In this document: one piece after another, positions 51,402-62,929 of the stretch
Layout of the letters: each line of letters opens with the position of its first letter
Position numbering within the stretch: the first letter of the stretch is position 1
Source: Gammaproteobacteria bacterium
Lineage (GTDB): Bacteria > Pseudomonadota > Gammaproteobacteria > Steroidobacterales > MnTg04
NCBI GenBank assembly: GCA_027292775.1
Contig: JAPUGL010000031.1
Coordinates: 2,546-66,545 of the forward strand
Direction of reading: 5' to 3'
Length of the DNA: 64,000 nucleotides
Translations under genes and position numbers: made by a program
The notes under the pieces: generated by a model
The model's input: only the letters and a program-made list of their open reading frames with translations
Told to the model about the DNA's origin: nothing
The model's database searches: none

Positions 51402-51695
51402 TCAGCCGACTAGAAACCGGCCCGGCACCAGTTCGCCGGCTAATTCCTCGCTGATCACCTCGGCAGTCACGGAATCCACCCGGGCAGAAGGCGGCCCTTG
51501 GTGCAGCCAGGCCCCAAACAATCCCAGCTTGTCCGGGTCGCCATAGGCTACGATTTCCACCTGGCCGTTTGCCAGATTCCTTGCCCGACCGCTCAATCCC
51601 AGCGAGCTCGCGTGTTCCGCCGCGCTGACCCTGAAAAAAACGCCCTGAACGCGACCTGATACCAAGTAACGGCAATATTCGGCATCCTGATTCAC
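51402..51695 (-). CDS. acylphosphatase
   Basis: VSGRVQGVFFR signature and a RNLANGQVEIV segment, 97 aa. Confidence 0.85.
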   Translation of the reverse strand: MNQDAEYCRYLVSGRVQGVFFRVSAAEHASSLGLSGRARNLANGQVEIVAYGDPDKLGLFGAWLHQGPPSARVDSVTAEVISEELAGELVPGRFLVG

Positions 51696-51727
51696 TATTC
51701 TCGGGGAGCGTGGAGAATCCCGGCTTG

Positions 51728-52045
51728 TTATTGGTCTTCTGTGCCGGCAGCCTCGACGGCCGTGTTGATCGCAACCTCCGCCCAGCGTTTCGCCTCCCGG
51801 GCATCGTTTTTCGCGCCATTGTAGGCCTTGCGCTGCAAATTGACTTCAGCATCGGCAAGGAATCGCCTGGCGTCGTTGAGCGCCAATGCCGCGAATTCCT
51901 CTGCGCCTGCGGTAATAGCGGCCTGTATGGCCTGTCGCGCGTCGCTCATTTCCTGGACCGGCGGATTGCTCGCACAGGCGCCAAGAGTCAGTAAACTGGC
52001 GGCTGCGAGGAGACGAAGAGTTCGAGTGTGACGCTTTTTGTACAT
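51728..52045 (-). CDS. DUF4398-like lipoprotein
   Basis: Lipobox LLTLGAC followed by an Ala-rich helical domain (ARQAIQAAITAGAEEFA). Confidence 0.6.
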   Translation of the reverse strand: MYKKRHTRTLRLLAAASLLTLGACASNPPVQEMSDARQAIQAAITAGAEEFAALALNDARRFLADAEVNLQRKAYNGAKNDAREAKRWAEVAINTAVEAAGTEDQ

Positions 52046-52161
52046 TCCGACCTGTCGACAAACGGAAAGGTTTAGAACGCTAACAAGGGCACCCTATTCC
52101 GTCAAGCCGAGCCTCGCTACAATCGACCGAGCCAAAAGTTGCCAAAACAGGGAAATCGACC

Positions 52162-53114
<953 letters not shown>

Positions 53115-53115
53115 T

Positions 53116-53457
53116 TCAGCGGCTGGTTCTCAGCGCCAGAGCCAGGCAGAAAAACAGCATGCAACTGAAAAAGACCAGGGACGCGGACCAAAGGCGCAGA
53201 GCTGGATTGGCAATCAGCTCCATCAGGCCAAGCGCGACCGGAAGTGCCAGTACCATCATCAGCCAGCGATAAGTATAAGTCCGCGAAGCCAATATCCCGG
53301 GAATCGATAGCAGCATTACGACCAACGGCAGCCAGACCCACCACGGGTATGCCGGCAGAATCAATGCAGCGAGAATTAGCAACATGACGACGGCGTGACT
53401 TGCCAGCAGCAGCGATCTGATCAGGACAGGAGGTCGTGACAGACCCGTCTCAGCCAA
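53116..53457 (-). CDS. DUF2069-like membrane protein
   Basis: 113-aa ORF with four TM helices in the conserved slot between wrbA and hda. Confidence 0.6.
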   Translation of the reverse strand: MAETGLSRPPVLIRSLLLASHAVVMLLILAALILPAYPWWVWLPLVVMLLSIPGILASRTYTYRWLMMVLALPVALGLMELIANPALRLWSASLVFFSCMLFFCLALALRTSR

Positions 53458-54157
53458 GGTCCTTGCCCCTGCTCAGCACCTCACGAACAAATGGCACGGT
53501 TAACCGGCGCTGTGCCCTGAGGGATGCCAGGTCCAGCGTATCCAGCAATCGGTAAACCGACCGCATGTCTCTCGGGAAACGCCGTAAAAGAAAACGACTG
53601 GTTTCTTCCGGCAACTGCAATCCTCGGTGTTTCGCGCGCAGGGCCATCGCTTTGTGCAGATCTTCGCCGCTGACAGGGTCCACGCGGTAAACGGGACCCC
53701 AGTTCAGCCGCGATTCTAGATCCGGCAGCCCAAAAGCGATTTTTGCTGCCGGTCTGTCGGCCGAAACCAGAAGGCTGCCACCGCTTTCGGCGACTTCATT
53801 AAACAGTCTGAACAAGCCAGACTCCCAGTCAGCCAATCCGGCGACTTGCTGCATATCATCCAGACAAACGAGCGAGAATTCCTCGAGGCCCGCGAGCATT
53901 CCCGCCTCCAGGTTCTCCTTCAACGGCAGGTAGGCGGCTCGCCGGCCATGCCGGCCAGCCTCCGCACATGCGGCTTGCAAAAGATGAGTCTTGCCGCTAC
54001 CCGGCCCGCCCCACAACCAGATCAGGCGTTCACTGCCGCTAGCCGCCAACGACTTCAGATGGGTCAGCAGCGCGCCATTCCCGGGCTCAAAAAAACTATC
54101 GAAAACGGCCTGGTCCGACAGGTGGACCGGCAGCGGCAGCTGTCGGGATTCAGTCAC
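53450..54157 (-). CDS. hda: DnaA regulatory inactivator Hda
   Basis: QLPLPV N-terminus, P-loop LWGGPGSGKTHLLQAAC and box VII-like LTVPFVREVL. The start is set at GTG 54157, which forms a GTGA overlap with the upstream gene stop. Confidence 0.88.
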   Translation of the reverse strand: MTESRQLPLPVHLSDQAVFDSFFEPGNGALLTHLKSLAASGSERLIWLWGGPGSGKTHLLQAACAEAGRHGRRAAYLPLKENLEAGMLAGLEEFSLVCLDDMQQVAGLADWESGLFRLFNEVAESGGSLLVSADRPAAKIAFGLPDLESRLNWGPVYRVDPVSGEDLHKAMALRAKHRGLQLPEETSRFLLRRFPRDMRSVYRLLDTLDLASLRAQRRLTVPFVREVLSRGKDLG

Positions 54158-54711
54158 GTGGCATTTACACGAGACAGGTAAGCCTTGCGGCTCCACTGCC
54201 AGACATAATCAACACCGCTGATAATGGTCGTGACCATCACGCTCGCTCCCAGGGCGATCACCCAGTACTCGCCCGGCCAACCGTAAGCGGCTCCCGATAC
54301 GACCACCAGCACGAACACCAGCTGCAGCGAGGTATTGAGCTTGCTGACATCGGTAGGCTGCGGCTGCACCGCGCCGAACAACCAGTTGTAGACCACGCCG
54401 CCGGTTACAATCACCAGGTCGCGTCCGACCACCAGCGCCGCCAGCCAGAGCGGGATCAGGCCAACCAGGGTCAGCGTAATAAACATCGATACCATCAGAA
54501 ATTTATCCGCCAATGGATCGAGAATTTCGCCAAGACGCGAACGCCAGCCAAAACGTCTCGCCAAAAAACCATCCAGCCCGTCCGAAAACCCGGCGATCAA
54601 AAACAACCAGAGCGTGGCCACGAAATCGCCGTGCCACAGCAACCAGACCACCGGACCTACCAGCAGTATCCGAAAGATACAAATCATGTTGGGAATATGT
54701 TTCGCGATCAC
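54154..54711 (-). CDS. CDP-alcohol phosphatidyltransferase family protein (PgsA-like)
   Basis: DGLDGFLARRFGWRSRLGEILDPLADK motif. GTG start with a GTGA overlap with the DUF2066 stop. Confidence 0.85.
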   Translation of the reverse strand: MIAKHIPNMICIFRILLVGPVVWLLWHGDFVATLWLFLIAGFSDGLDGFLARRFGWRSRLGEILDPLADKFLMVSMFITLTLVGLIPLWLAALVVGRDLVIVTGGVVYNWLFGAVQPQPTDVSKLNTSLQLVFVLVVVSGAAYGWPGEYWVIALGASVMVTTIISGVDYVWQWSRKAYLSRVNAT

Positions 54712-55742
54712 TGACGATACCTGTAAACAATCGTCCCGAGCATCGCCACAGGGTAATCAGAATCATCGAGAAACAAAACCTTGCCGAGATTGATCGCACT
54801 CGCAAGTCGATCCGGGCCGGAACGCAATTCGAGACTGAACAACACATCGTCGCCATGGACCCGGTCGACCGCTACCGAATTGACCAATGACAGGGACTCG
54901 AGATACAGGCTGACTCGTCCGTAAGCCTCGAGGTCGCCGATTCCCCTGACCAAGACCAGCTGCCGCCCGCTGTTCTGGCTGTCTATAGCGGCAAGAACGG
55001 TCGCAAACTCGTCGGCCGCATGGTCGATGCCCCCGGCCAGGTCACCCCGCCAGCTTTGTTCCTCGCCGGCAAAAAACAAAGTCCAGCTTACGCGGTAAAC
55101 GGGCTCATCTGCCTCTGTCCGCCGGTTTGCCCGCGCCGTTCCCACCAGCACGGCATCGGCGTCGTAGCGCTCACTCGCAGAGAGAATGCTGTCCGCAAAA
55201 ACGCCGCGTAAATCCGATACATCGATCGCACGCTGATCTTCCGCATCCATCAACGGAATAATGATGGGCACACCACGCTGGCTCGCTGTCTCTTTCAGGT
55301 TTTCGGCGACCGGCCCCAGGTCTTCCGCCGCAAGTATCTCGCGCCGACCCCGTTCATCGGTAAGCACCAGCCAGATCAACGTTGCCGGCCGCTCCTGTCC
55401 CCAAACCGGCAGGCCCAACTCGCCGAGCCGCCGGTTGATCGCCTGCCCATCGAAAGAAACCAGCAAGGTGCGGCTGTCGATATATCCGAATTGCTGAATA
55501 TAGTCGCGTGCCCGGGCAAGGATCGCCTCAATTTCCTCTGTTTGGTCATCCTGGCGCGTGCCGGTTACTCGAGTCAGCACGACTGCCATTGCGTCCTCGA
55601 ATGCCTGCTCCAGGGTTGACGCGTCACGCGCACTGACCTCCGTCCGTACCTGGTAGAGATCGCCAAAAACTGATGCAGTCGCCGTCTGGTTTGCCAGCAT
55701 CAGGCACGCCGCAGCAATTATTGTCTTCGTCGGATGATTCAT
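54708..55742 (-). CDS. DUF2066-like secreted protein
   Basis: Signal peptide MNHPTKTIIAAACLMLANQTATA. Divergent from purM, as in Pseudomonas-type synteny. Confidence 0.65.
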   Translation of the reverse strand: MNHPTKTIIAAACLMLANQTATASVFGDLYQVRTEVSARDASTLEQAFEDAMAVVLTRVTGTRQDDQTEEIEAILARARDYIQQFGYIDSRTLLVSFDGQAINRRLGELGLPVWGQERPATLIWLVLTDERGRREILAAEDLGPVAENLKETASQRGVPIIIPLMDAEDQRAIDVSDLRGVFADSILSASERYDADAVLVGTARANRRTEADEPVYRVSWTLFFAGEEQSWRGDLAGGIDHAADEFATVLAAIDSQNSGRQLVLVRGIGDLEAYGRVSLYLESLSLVNSVAVDRVHGDDVLFSLELRSGPDRLASAINLGKVLFLDDSDYPVAMLGTIVYRYRQ

Positions 55743-55900
55743 TTTTCGCCTGATATCTCTTTTTGCTATCCGGGCCAAGATCGAACAGGTAAAATTATTA
55801 CACATACAGAAGCCGCAGCCTGCATATTGCGTCGAGGAATTTCAGATCGGACCGCCGGCGGTTTTTGGAAAGGCAACACCAACGATGAAGGAATCGGTCC

Positions 55901-56932
55901 ATGGCTGATAAGCCAGCGCTTAGTTACCAGGATGCCGGTGTCGATATCGATGCCGGAAAACGGCTGATCGAACTGATCAAACCGGCTGTCGCCAGGACAA
56001 GACGGCCGGAGGTTGTCGCAGGCCTGGGTGGATTCGGCGGCCTGTTCCGGCTGCCCACCGACCGTTATCGGAAACCTGTCCTGGTCTCTGGAACCGACGG
56101 AGTCGGTACCAAGCTGAAGCTCGCCATCGACATGAATCTTCATGACACCATCGGCATCGATCTAGTCGCCATGTGCGTCAACGACGTACTGGTCGCGGGT
56201 GCCGAGCCATTGTTTTTTCTCGATTACTATGCGACTGGAAAACTGAATCCGGAGATCGCCGCTAAGGTGGTTGAAGGAATTGCCGATGGTTGCGTGCAGG
56301 CCGGGTGTGCGCTGATCGGCGGAGAAACCGCGGAAATGCCTGGCATGTATCAAGGCCATGCCTACGACCTGGCCGGATTCTGCGTCGGCATCGTCGAAGA
56401 AGACGCGCTGCTGGATGGCAGTCGAATCGAGCCCGGAAACGTATTAATCGGGCTGACGTCATCCGGTCTGCACTCGAATGGCTACTCGCTGGCGCGGAAA
56501 GTACTGGAAACTTCGAACGCCAAATTGGACAGCCCCTTTGACGGCTCCACGCTGGGCTTATGCCTGCTTCAACCGACGCGCATATATGTCTCCGCGATCA
56601 TGAACCTTCTGCAGCATCATACGATTAACGGCCTGGCCCACATTACCGGCGGAGGTCTAACGGAAAACCTTCCGCGAATATTGCCTGCTGGTTGCAGCGC
56701 CGTTGTTGACCTCAGCAGCTGGCAACGCCCCGAAATATTTTCCTGGTTGCAGGATCAGGGTGGAATCGATGACCATGAGATGCTCAGAACTTTCAACTGT
56801 GGTGTCGGCATGGTGATCTGCTTGCCCGCCGAAAATGAAACCGACGCTCTCGAATCCCTGAGCTCTGACGGTGAACACGCCTGTCGCCTTGGAATAATTG
56901 AAAAAGGCGCTGGCGAGGTTCGATTTCGGTGA
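55901..56932 (+). CDS. purM: phosphoribosylformylglycinamidine cyclo-ligase
   Basis: [12 protein letters not shown]-terminus and DGVGTKL motif, 343 aa. Confidence 0.96.
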   Translation: MADKPALSYQDAGVDIDAGKRLIELIKPAVARTRRPEVVAGLGGFGGLFRLPTDRYRKPVLVSGTDGVGTKLKLAIDMNLHDTIGIDLVAMCVNDVLVAGAEPLFFLDYYATGKLNPEIAAKVVEGIADGCVQAGCALIGGETAEMPGMYQGHAYDLAGFCVGIVEEDALLDGSRIEPGNVLIGLTSSGLHSNGYSLARKVLETSNAKLDSPFDGSTLGLCLLQPTRIYVSAIMNLLQHHTINGLAHITGGGLTENLPRILPAGCSAVVDLSSWQRPEIFSWLQDQGGIDDHEMLRTFNCGVGMVICLPAENETDALESLSSDGEHACRLGIIEKGAGEVRFR

Positions 56933-57624
56933 ATCGGGTGCCAGGCCCTCCGCTAACGCTAGTGGTTCTGATTTCCAACCAAGGCAGTAATCTGCAGGCG
57001 ATCATCGATGCCATGGCCAATCAGGAAATCCACGTCAAAATTCTCGCCGTAGTCAGTAACAATCCGAATGCTCCCGGCCTGCAGAGAGCAAAAAATGCGG
57101 GCATCCCGACCGCGGTGACGGACCGCGCCGATTTTGCGACGAGGAAAGATTTCGACCGCCGGCTTTTGCAGGTTGTCCGCGATTACGATCCCGGTTTGGT
57201 CGTAATGGCCGGGTTCATGCGAATTCTTGATGATGAATTTGTCGAGCATTTTGAAGGCCGTTTGTTGAACATTCATCCATCGCTGTTGCCAAAATATCCG
57301 GGATTGAACACCTACCGCCGAGTGCTGTCCGCGAAAGACAGCGTGCATGGCTGCAGCATCCACTTTGTCAATTCCCAGCTGGATGGCGGACCGGTTGTCG
57401 CCCAGTCCGAGGTGCCGATCCGGGCCGATGATGACGAAATCAGCCTTTCAGCCAGGGTTCAGGCTATGGAGCATAAACTCTATCCCATGGTTATCGGCTG
57501 GATTGCCCGCGGTGGACTGGTTTGCCAACACGAAACAATCAGGCTGGACGGCAAACTGTTGGGAAAGCCCAGAAAAATTGCGTTTACGGATCTTGATGAA
57601 ACACAGGAATTAGGGAAGCTCTGA
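56929..57624 (+). CDS. purN: phosphoribosylglycinamide formyltransferase
   Basis: [25 protein letters not shown] and GCSIHFV motifs. GTGA overlap with the purM stop. The last 4 codons and the stop lie inside repeat copy 2. Confidence 0.94.
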   Translation: MNRVPGPPLTLVVLISNQGSNLQAIIDAMANQEIHVKILAVVSNNPNAPGLQRAKNAGIPTAVTDRADFATRKDFDRRLLQVVRDYDPGLVVMAGFMRILDDEFVEHFEGRLLNIHPSLLPKYPGLNTYRRVLSAKDSVHGCSIHFVNSQLDGGPVVAQSEVPIRADDDEISLSARVQAMEHKLYPMVIGWIARGGLVCQHETIRLDGKLLGKPRKIAFTDLDETQELGKL

Positions 57625-57763
57625 TCTACCCATGAACTCGTATCTTGCGGCCAAAATAATCGGCTTCTGCGTTGCAAATCTTCGCAATAGCCAGCTATTA
57701 CCTGCGATTCGCGCCTTGAATCAGAACATTTTGGATCACAATCTACATCGCCCATGAATAGAT
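57611..57763 (-). repeat. 153-nt intergenic repeat, copy 2, inverted relative to copy 1
   Basis: Its reverse complement aligns without gaps to 19484-19636. The two copies share a perfectly conserved 26-nt core TAATAGCTGGCTATTGCGAAGATTTG and inverted termini. Confidence 0.8.
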
Positions 57764-57792
57764 CAGAATTTCCTGAGGTTAACAAACGAATC

Positions 57793-58551
57793 ATGTCAAT
57801 TAAAATGCCAATTATCGGCGGACTGGCGGCGCTGCTCGCGACAATCAGCCTGGCCAGCGTGGCGACCGACATGCCGCCCGTCCAGCAGCCATTAGCCCGG
57901 CCTGCCCTGCAGCCGTTCTCTGCCAGTTACAAAGTTCTGCGGGGAAAAAAGCGCGTCGGAGTCAGCAAGGTCGAATTGATTGCTGATACTGATGGCATGT
58001 TTGTTTATCGGACCCGAGTTAGCGCACGTGGCCTGGCAAGATTGTTCGTTAGTCGGGATGTGAAGGGTGAAAGCCGCTTCACCCTCGAAAATGATCTGCC
58101 ATTTCCACTATATTATTCATCTTATGGCGCGAAAAAAAATGACATTCAACGCATTTCGTTCGAACCGTTCAATTATGAAATATCAAGCCAGTACAAGGGC
58201 GCGGAAAAAACCTTGCAATGGTCGCCGGGCGTACTGGATCTGCTGAGCATGGAAATCGCAATGAAACTGCAGTTTTCCCGTGGTGAAATTCCTACCGAAT
58301 ACACGGTGGCCGAAAAAAACAGCATCCGGGAATACCATCTCGAAATAGAGGACAGGGAATCGATCCAGACGCCCTTTGGCCAACATGAAACGATAAGGAT
58401 AAGACGACAAAAAGCCGGCTCCGACAATCATTCCATCATCTGGCTAGCACCCGAACTGGATTACCTGATGGTACGTTTCGACAAATACAAGAGAGGGAAA
58501 ATCGATTTTTCCATTCGCCTGAACAACTACAATCCTGCGCCCGCGAATTGA
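57793..58551 (+). CDS. DUF3108-like secreted protein
   Basis: Signal peptide MPIIGGLAALLATISLASVA. Lies downstream of purN, as in Pseudomonas-type synteny. The start is ambiguous (57754 inside the repeat, 57793 or 57805) and no clear SD precedes any of them. Confidence 0.6.
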   Translation: MSIKMPIIGGLAALLATISLASVATDMPPVQQPLARPALQPFSASYKVLRGKKRVGVSKVELIADTDGMFVYRTRVSARGLARLFVSRDVKGESRFTLENDLPFPLYYSSYGAKKNDIQRISFEPFNYEISSQYKGAEKTLQWSPGVLDLLSMEIAMKLQFSRGEIPTEYTVAEKNSIREYHLEIEDRESIQTPFGQHETIRIRRQKAGSDNHSIIWLAPELDYLMVRFDKYKRGKIDFSIRLNNYNPAPAN

Positions 58552-58568
58552 ATAAGACTCGGCCCGGA

Positions 58569-59135
58569 TCAGGCCTTCGGCAAGGTAACCCCGGTCTGAC
58601 CCTGGTATTTTCCACCGCGATCGAGGTAGGAAGTCTCGCAGTCTTCATCTGACTCAAAGAACAGCATCTGGGCGACGCCCTCGTTCGCATAGACCTTGGC
58701 CGGCAGCGGCGAAGTATTGGAAAATTCCAGCGTCTGATGGCCCTCCCAGTCGGGCTCCAGCGGCGTGACATTTACGATGATGCCGCAACGTGCGTAAGTG
58801 GATTTTCCGAGACAAATGGTCAGTACCCGACGCGGTATCCGGAAATACTCGATCGTTCTGGCGAGCACAAAAGAGTTCGGCGGAATAATGCACACATCGG
58901 ATTTCAGGTCGACAAAGCTGTCGGTTTTGAAATGCTTGGGATCGACAATGGCGGAATTGATATTCGTGAAAATCTTGAATTCAGGGGCGCAACGAACATC
59001 GTAGCCATAACTGGAAGTACCGTATGACACCACAGGGCCGTTGCCATTTTTTCTGATCTGGCCCTCCTCAAACGGCTCGATCATGCCGTGTTCGGCAACC
59101 ATGCGTCTAATCCACTTGTCGGACTTAATGCTCAT
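58569..59135 (-). CDS. dcd: dCTP deaminase
   Basis: [12 protein letters not shown] start and full-length Dcd similarity, 188 aa. Confidence 0.95.
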   Translation of the reverse strand: MSIKSDKWIRRMVAEHGMIEPFEEGQIRKNGNGPVVSYGTSSYGYDVRCAPEFKIFTNINSAIVDPKHFKTDSFVDLKSDVCIIPPNSFVLARTIEYFRIPRRVLTICLGKSTYARCGIIVNVTPLEPDWEGHQTLEFSNTSPLPAKVYANEGVAQMLFFESDEDCETSYLDRGGKYQGQTGVTLPKA

Positions 59136-60229
59136 CAGCGTTCCTCGATACTGATTTTCGGAAACAGGTGGCTGTAATCCTTGCGTTTTGCCGCGAGTTG
59201 AGCACCCATTCTCAACGCAAGCTGCTGATAACGCATCGCTACCGGGCTCTCCTCGTCGGCGACGACGGTAGGATTACCGCTGTCCATATTTTCCCTGATC
59301 TGAATATCCAGCGGCAAGGAACCCAGCAATGGCACGTTGTACTGTTCCGCCATTTTCTGTCCCCCACCGCTGCCAAAAACATGTTCTTCGTGGCCACACT
59401 GCGAACAGATGTGCGTACTCATATTTTCGACGATTCCGAGTACCGGGACGGAAACCTTTTCAAACATCTTCAAGCCCTTGCGTGCATCGAGCAGCGCGAT
59501 GTCCTGCGGAGTAGTCACGATGATGGCACCGCTTAGCGGCACTTTTTGCGACAGTGTCAGCTGGGTATCGCCGGTCCCCGGTGGCATATCGACGATCAGA
59601 TAGTCCAGTTCGCCCCATACGGTGTCGTTTATCAGTTGGGTCAACGCCTGGGTCACCATCGGTCCACGCCAGACCATCGCCTGTTCCTGGTCGATTAGAA
59701 ATCCGATGGACATGGCGCTAATCCCATGCGCCTGCAGAGGTTGCATAGTCTTGCCATCGGTACTGCCGGGACGTTGGCCGCCCAGACCTAGCATCTGCGG
59801 CAGACTCGGACCATAAATATCGGCATCCAGAATACCGGTTTTTGCTCCCTCGCGCGCCAGGGCCAGCGCCAGGTTGACCGCAGTCGTCGATTTGCCGACC
59901 CCGCCCTTGCCGGACGCAACTGCGATGACGTTTTTCACCTGTCCAAGCGGTTTTAAAGTGGCCTGGACGGCATGCGCCGCAACCCGCCAGTCAATACTGA
60001 GCCTGACCGGGCTTATGCCCAGCTCTTTCTCGATCAACGGAGTCAGGTCAGAAATAAGCCTGTCCTGGTAACGGTCCGCTGGAAAACCCAGGCTGATCTC
60101 GACGGTCAAACCACCGTCCGATTTGCTCACATTGACGACTTTAGCCACGTCAGCAAGCGGGTGCCCAAGTTCATTTTCACCGAAATCCGCGAGGACCTTG
60201 GCCAGTCCCGGATCGACGTCATTTTTCAT
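59135..60229 (-). CDS. apbC: iron-sulfur cluster carrier ATPase ApbC/Mrp
   Basis: Deviant Walker [19 protein letters not shown] and CSQCGH cluster ligands. Confidence 0.93.
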   Translation of the reverse strand: MKNDVDPGLAKVLADFGENELGHPLADVAKVVNVSKSDGGLTVEISLGFPADRYQDRLISDLTPLIEKELGISPVRLSIDWRVAAHAVQATLKPLGQVKNVIAVASGKGGVGKSTTAVNLALALAREGAKTGILDADIYGPSLPQMLGLGGQRPGSTDGKTMQPLQAHGISAMSIGFLIDQEQAMVWRGPMVTQALTQLINDTVWGELDYLIVDMPPGTGDTQLTLSQKVPLSGAIIVTTPQDIALLDARKGLKMFEKVSVPVLGIVENMSTHICSQCGHEEHVFGSGGGQKMAEQYNVPLLGSLPLDIQIRENMDSGNPTVVADEESPVAMRYQQLALRMGAQLAAKRKDYSHLFPKISIEER

Positions 60230-60454
60230 TGTCAGACAGGAATCACAGAAAAGTGGATCATTGTACCCTGTCCCGGCCTGTCTCTGAACAATTGCGGGCT
60301 GTGATTCATGTCGCTATTTTGCAGGCAGCCGTATGGCATAATGCAGCAGATGATGGTGCAAACTCACTGAAAACAGTGGATATTCGCAACGGGCCAGGCA
60401 TGGCCGGCAAGATAGCGAGGTCAGCACAGTGGTGACGATTGAGACTCACGATCT

Positions 60455-61606
60455 ATGAAGTTTATTTCGTCTCTTAGGGCAGAACGCCTTATGTCCCGAG
60501 TCATGGAACTCGGAGAGGTGGAATCTCCCGCGGCCGTAAAAGCGCTGGAAAAACTGTCTACCCTCGGCGGCAGCGCGGTTCCGCCAGTCCTGGAAGCCCT
60601 CGCGCATGCCGACAAGAAACAGACCGTGGCCTATGTCGATATCCTGTCACAGACGCTCACCGACAAGACTTTTGCCCTGTATGGAGAAGGACTCAAGGAA
60701 AAAAACGAGCGCGTCGTCGCCGGCATCGCCTGGGCGATGACCAGCAGTAACACCTACAACCCTTCTTTACTGCTGGAATTGCTGCACGATCCGGACACGG
60801 ACAAGGCAGCCGTCATCAGCGTTCTCAAACACAACATCAAACGTCTGAATATATATGAGCTTTTGCGCGTGGCCTATAAAGTCGAGCCGCACGAAAAAGC
60901 GGCGATTTTTGGCCTGATTGCCAGCATCGCCACAGAAGACATGGTGCCCGATCTGATCGAGCGCATGGAGGGTAAGGATTCGATTGCCAAGGTTCACATC
61001 ATCAATATTCTGTTCCGCTACAACAAGCCCGAAGTCAGACGCTGCCTCGAGATACAACTCGCCGACAAGAACAAGATGGTCCGCCAGGCCGCGCTGAGTG
61101 CGCTGGCCAATATGGAGGGGGACATCAACGCGGAAGCAGTCATGCGGCTGTTGCGCGATCCCGATCTGGAGGTACAGAACAAGGCGGTTGACCTGGTGAT
61201 CAAGATCAATCATCCCGACACCATCAAGTACCTGGTGCATATCCTCAAAGACGAGTCCGAATATATTCGCCGTGCGGCCGTCGAAGTGCTGAACGAGGTC
61301 GGTGATGCCGATTCGATCAAGCACCTGCTGGAAGTCATTTCCGACGAAGACTGGTGGGTGCGATCACGGGCGGCCGACGCATTGGCGAAAATCGGTGGGC
61401 CGAAGGTTGTGGACGCGGTCATGGAGCTGATCGGTGACGAAGACGAGGGCATAAGGCGAGCGGCTATCGAGATCCTGAATGTGACGCGCGACGAGCGCGC
61501 CATCGACAAATTGATTTCCGCGACAAAAGACAAGGATTGGTGGGTCAGCGAACGCGCGGTGGACGCACTGGCCGAAATCGGCAGCAAGAAAGCGACGCCG
61601 GCATAG
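60455..61606 (+). CDS. HEAT (PBS-lyase type) repeat protein
   Basis: Repeated units such as DWWVRSRAADALAKIGGPK and DWWVSERAVDALAEIGSKK. The start is uncertain because the SD is weak. Confidence 0.75.
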   Translation: MKFISSLRAERLMSRVMELGEVESPAAVKALEKLSTLGGSAVPPVLEALAHADKKQTVAYVDILSQTLTDKTFALYGEGLKEKNERVVAGIAWAMTSSNTYNPSLLLELLHDPDTDKAAVISVLKHNIKRLNIYELLRVAYKVEPHEKAAIFGLIASIATEDMVPDLIERMEGKDSIAKVHIINILFRYNKPEVRRCLEIQLADKNKMVRQAALSALANMEGDINAEAVMRLLRDPDLEVQNKAVDLVIKINHPDTIKYLVHILKDESEYIRRAAVEVLNEVGDADSIKHLLEVISDEDWWVRSRAADALAKIGGPKVVDAVMELIGDEDEGIRRAAIEILNVTRDERAIDKLISATKDKDWWVSERAVDALAEIGSKKATPA

Positions 61607-61610
61607 CCTT

Positions 61611-62804
61611 GTGATTATCCGCGCGCTGAGCAAGATCGGCGATGAAAAATGCATCGATGTCCTGATGCCGTTGCTCGACCGGCCGGAAAAGGCGATTCGG
61701 CTGGAGACGATGGTGACGCTGACCAACCTGGCGGATGCGAGTCATTTGGATGCTATTCGCAAAGCCATCGTCGCCCAGGCCGGCGATAAGGACGACGCGG
61801 TCAATCGCGCCGCAACCCGTGCCGTGAAGAAACTCGACCGGCGTTTCTCGGATACCGCGATTCTCTCCGATGAGGAAGTTGCTCAATATGCGGAACCCGA
61901 ACATACGATGCTCATGGACAAGGCCGATGTCGCTGAAGTCATCAGGGAAGCCGAGAAAGCCCAGATTCTGGACATTACGACACTGAAGGCAGGCGATATC
62001 ATCGCGGAACGTTACAAATTCATCACCCAGATCGGCAAAGGTGCATTCGGTACCGTGTTGTTGGTTGAAGACTCCGTGGTTGAAGAGCAACTTATTCTCA
62101 AATTTCTTAATCCGAATGTTTCATCGGATGAAGAAATGCTCAAACGCTTCGTACACGAGTTGCGTTACTCAAGAAAAATCACCCACAAGAACGTCATTCG
62201 AATCTATGACTTTCTTCACCTGCAGGGTCTGTATGCCATCTCCATGGAGTATTTTCCGTCGCATACCCTGGGGGGCGAAGTGGTCGATGAAAAACCGGTG
62301 TCCGTCAAGAAGGGGGTGCGATTCGCCTGTGATATCGCCACCGGTATGGCGGTCGCCCACGCCGCCGGTATTATCCACCGGGATTTGAAACCCGCAAATA
62401 TTCTGATAAACGAGGATGGCCTGCTGAAGATCGTGGATTTCGGCGTGGCGGCGGCACAAAAAAGCGGCGACACCCAACTGACCAAGACCGGTTACGTGAT
62501 TGGTTCACCAAAATACATGGCTCCGGAACAGATTCTTGGCAAGAAAGTCGACGTTCAGGCAGATGTCTACAGCCTTGGCATCATTCTTTACGAACTGTTG
62601 ACCGGTGTGCCGCCATATCGCCGCGGCGATCACATGTCGGTGATGTACCAGCATGTGCAGGGCAAGGCGCCATCAGCCATCGAGGTCAACGACAAGATAC
62701 CGCAGGAACTGAGCGATATCATCGGCAAAGCCATGTCCCTTGACCCCAAGGATCGACATGAAACCATGGATGATATCTATCAGGCAATGGACGCGTACCT
62801 TTGA
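61611..62804 (+). CDS. Hanks-type serine/threonine protein kinase with N-terminal HEAT repeats
   Basis: GKGAFGTV, LILKF (catalytic Lys), HRDLKPANIL, DFG and SPKYMAPE motifs. GTG start 4 nt after the previous stop, in the +1 frame. The N-terminus begins in mid-repeat. Confidence 0.85.
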   Translation: MIIRALSKIGDEKCIDVLMPLLDRPEKAIRLETMVTLTNLADASHLDAIRKAIVAQAGDKDDAVNRAATRAVKKLDRRFSDTAILSDEEVAQYAEPEHTMLMDKADVAEVIREAEKAQILDITTLKAGDIIAERYKFITQIGKGAFGTVLLVEDSVVEEQLILKFLNPNVSSDEEMLKRFVHELRYSRKITHKNVIRIYDFLHLQGLYAISMEYFPSHTLGGEVVDEKPVSVKKGVRFACDIATGMAVAHAAGIIHRDLKPANILINEDGLLKIVDFGVAAAQKSGDTQLTKTGYVIGSPKYMAPEQILGKKVDVQADVYSLGIILYELLTGVPPYRRGDHMSVMYQHVQGKAPSAIEVNDKIPQELSDIIGKAMSLDPKDRHETMDDIYQAMDAYL

Positions 62805-62929
62805 TATTCTAGGCCCTGAAATCTCTCAGGGTGGATTCGAATGGCAAGCAAACGATCGGGCCTGGGTCTGCGGGCAGTCAAGACCGTGACCCGGGACGGG
62901 GTGAATGAAATCTCGATGGGCGGGCGCTG

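Noticed and set aside
55861-55877. CCGCCGGCGG palindrome followed by TTTTT upstream of purM, considered as an attenuator or terminator
   Set aside because: A 10-nt perfect palindrome leaves only a 3-bp stem once a loop is allowed, which is too weak to call.
61590-61612. Programmed +1 frameshift joining the HEAT and kinase ORFs
   Set aside because: There is no slippery or prfB-like context at GCA TAG C. A simple 1-nt shift would still leave a truncated HEAT unit, so a deletion, a split gene or an assembly issue is more plausible.
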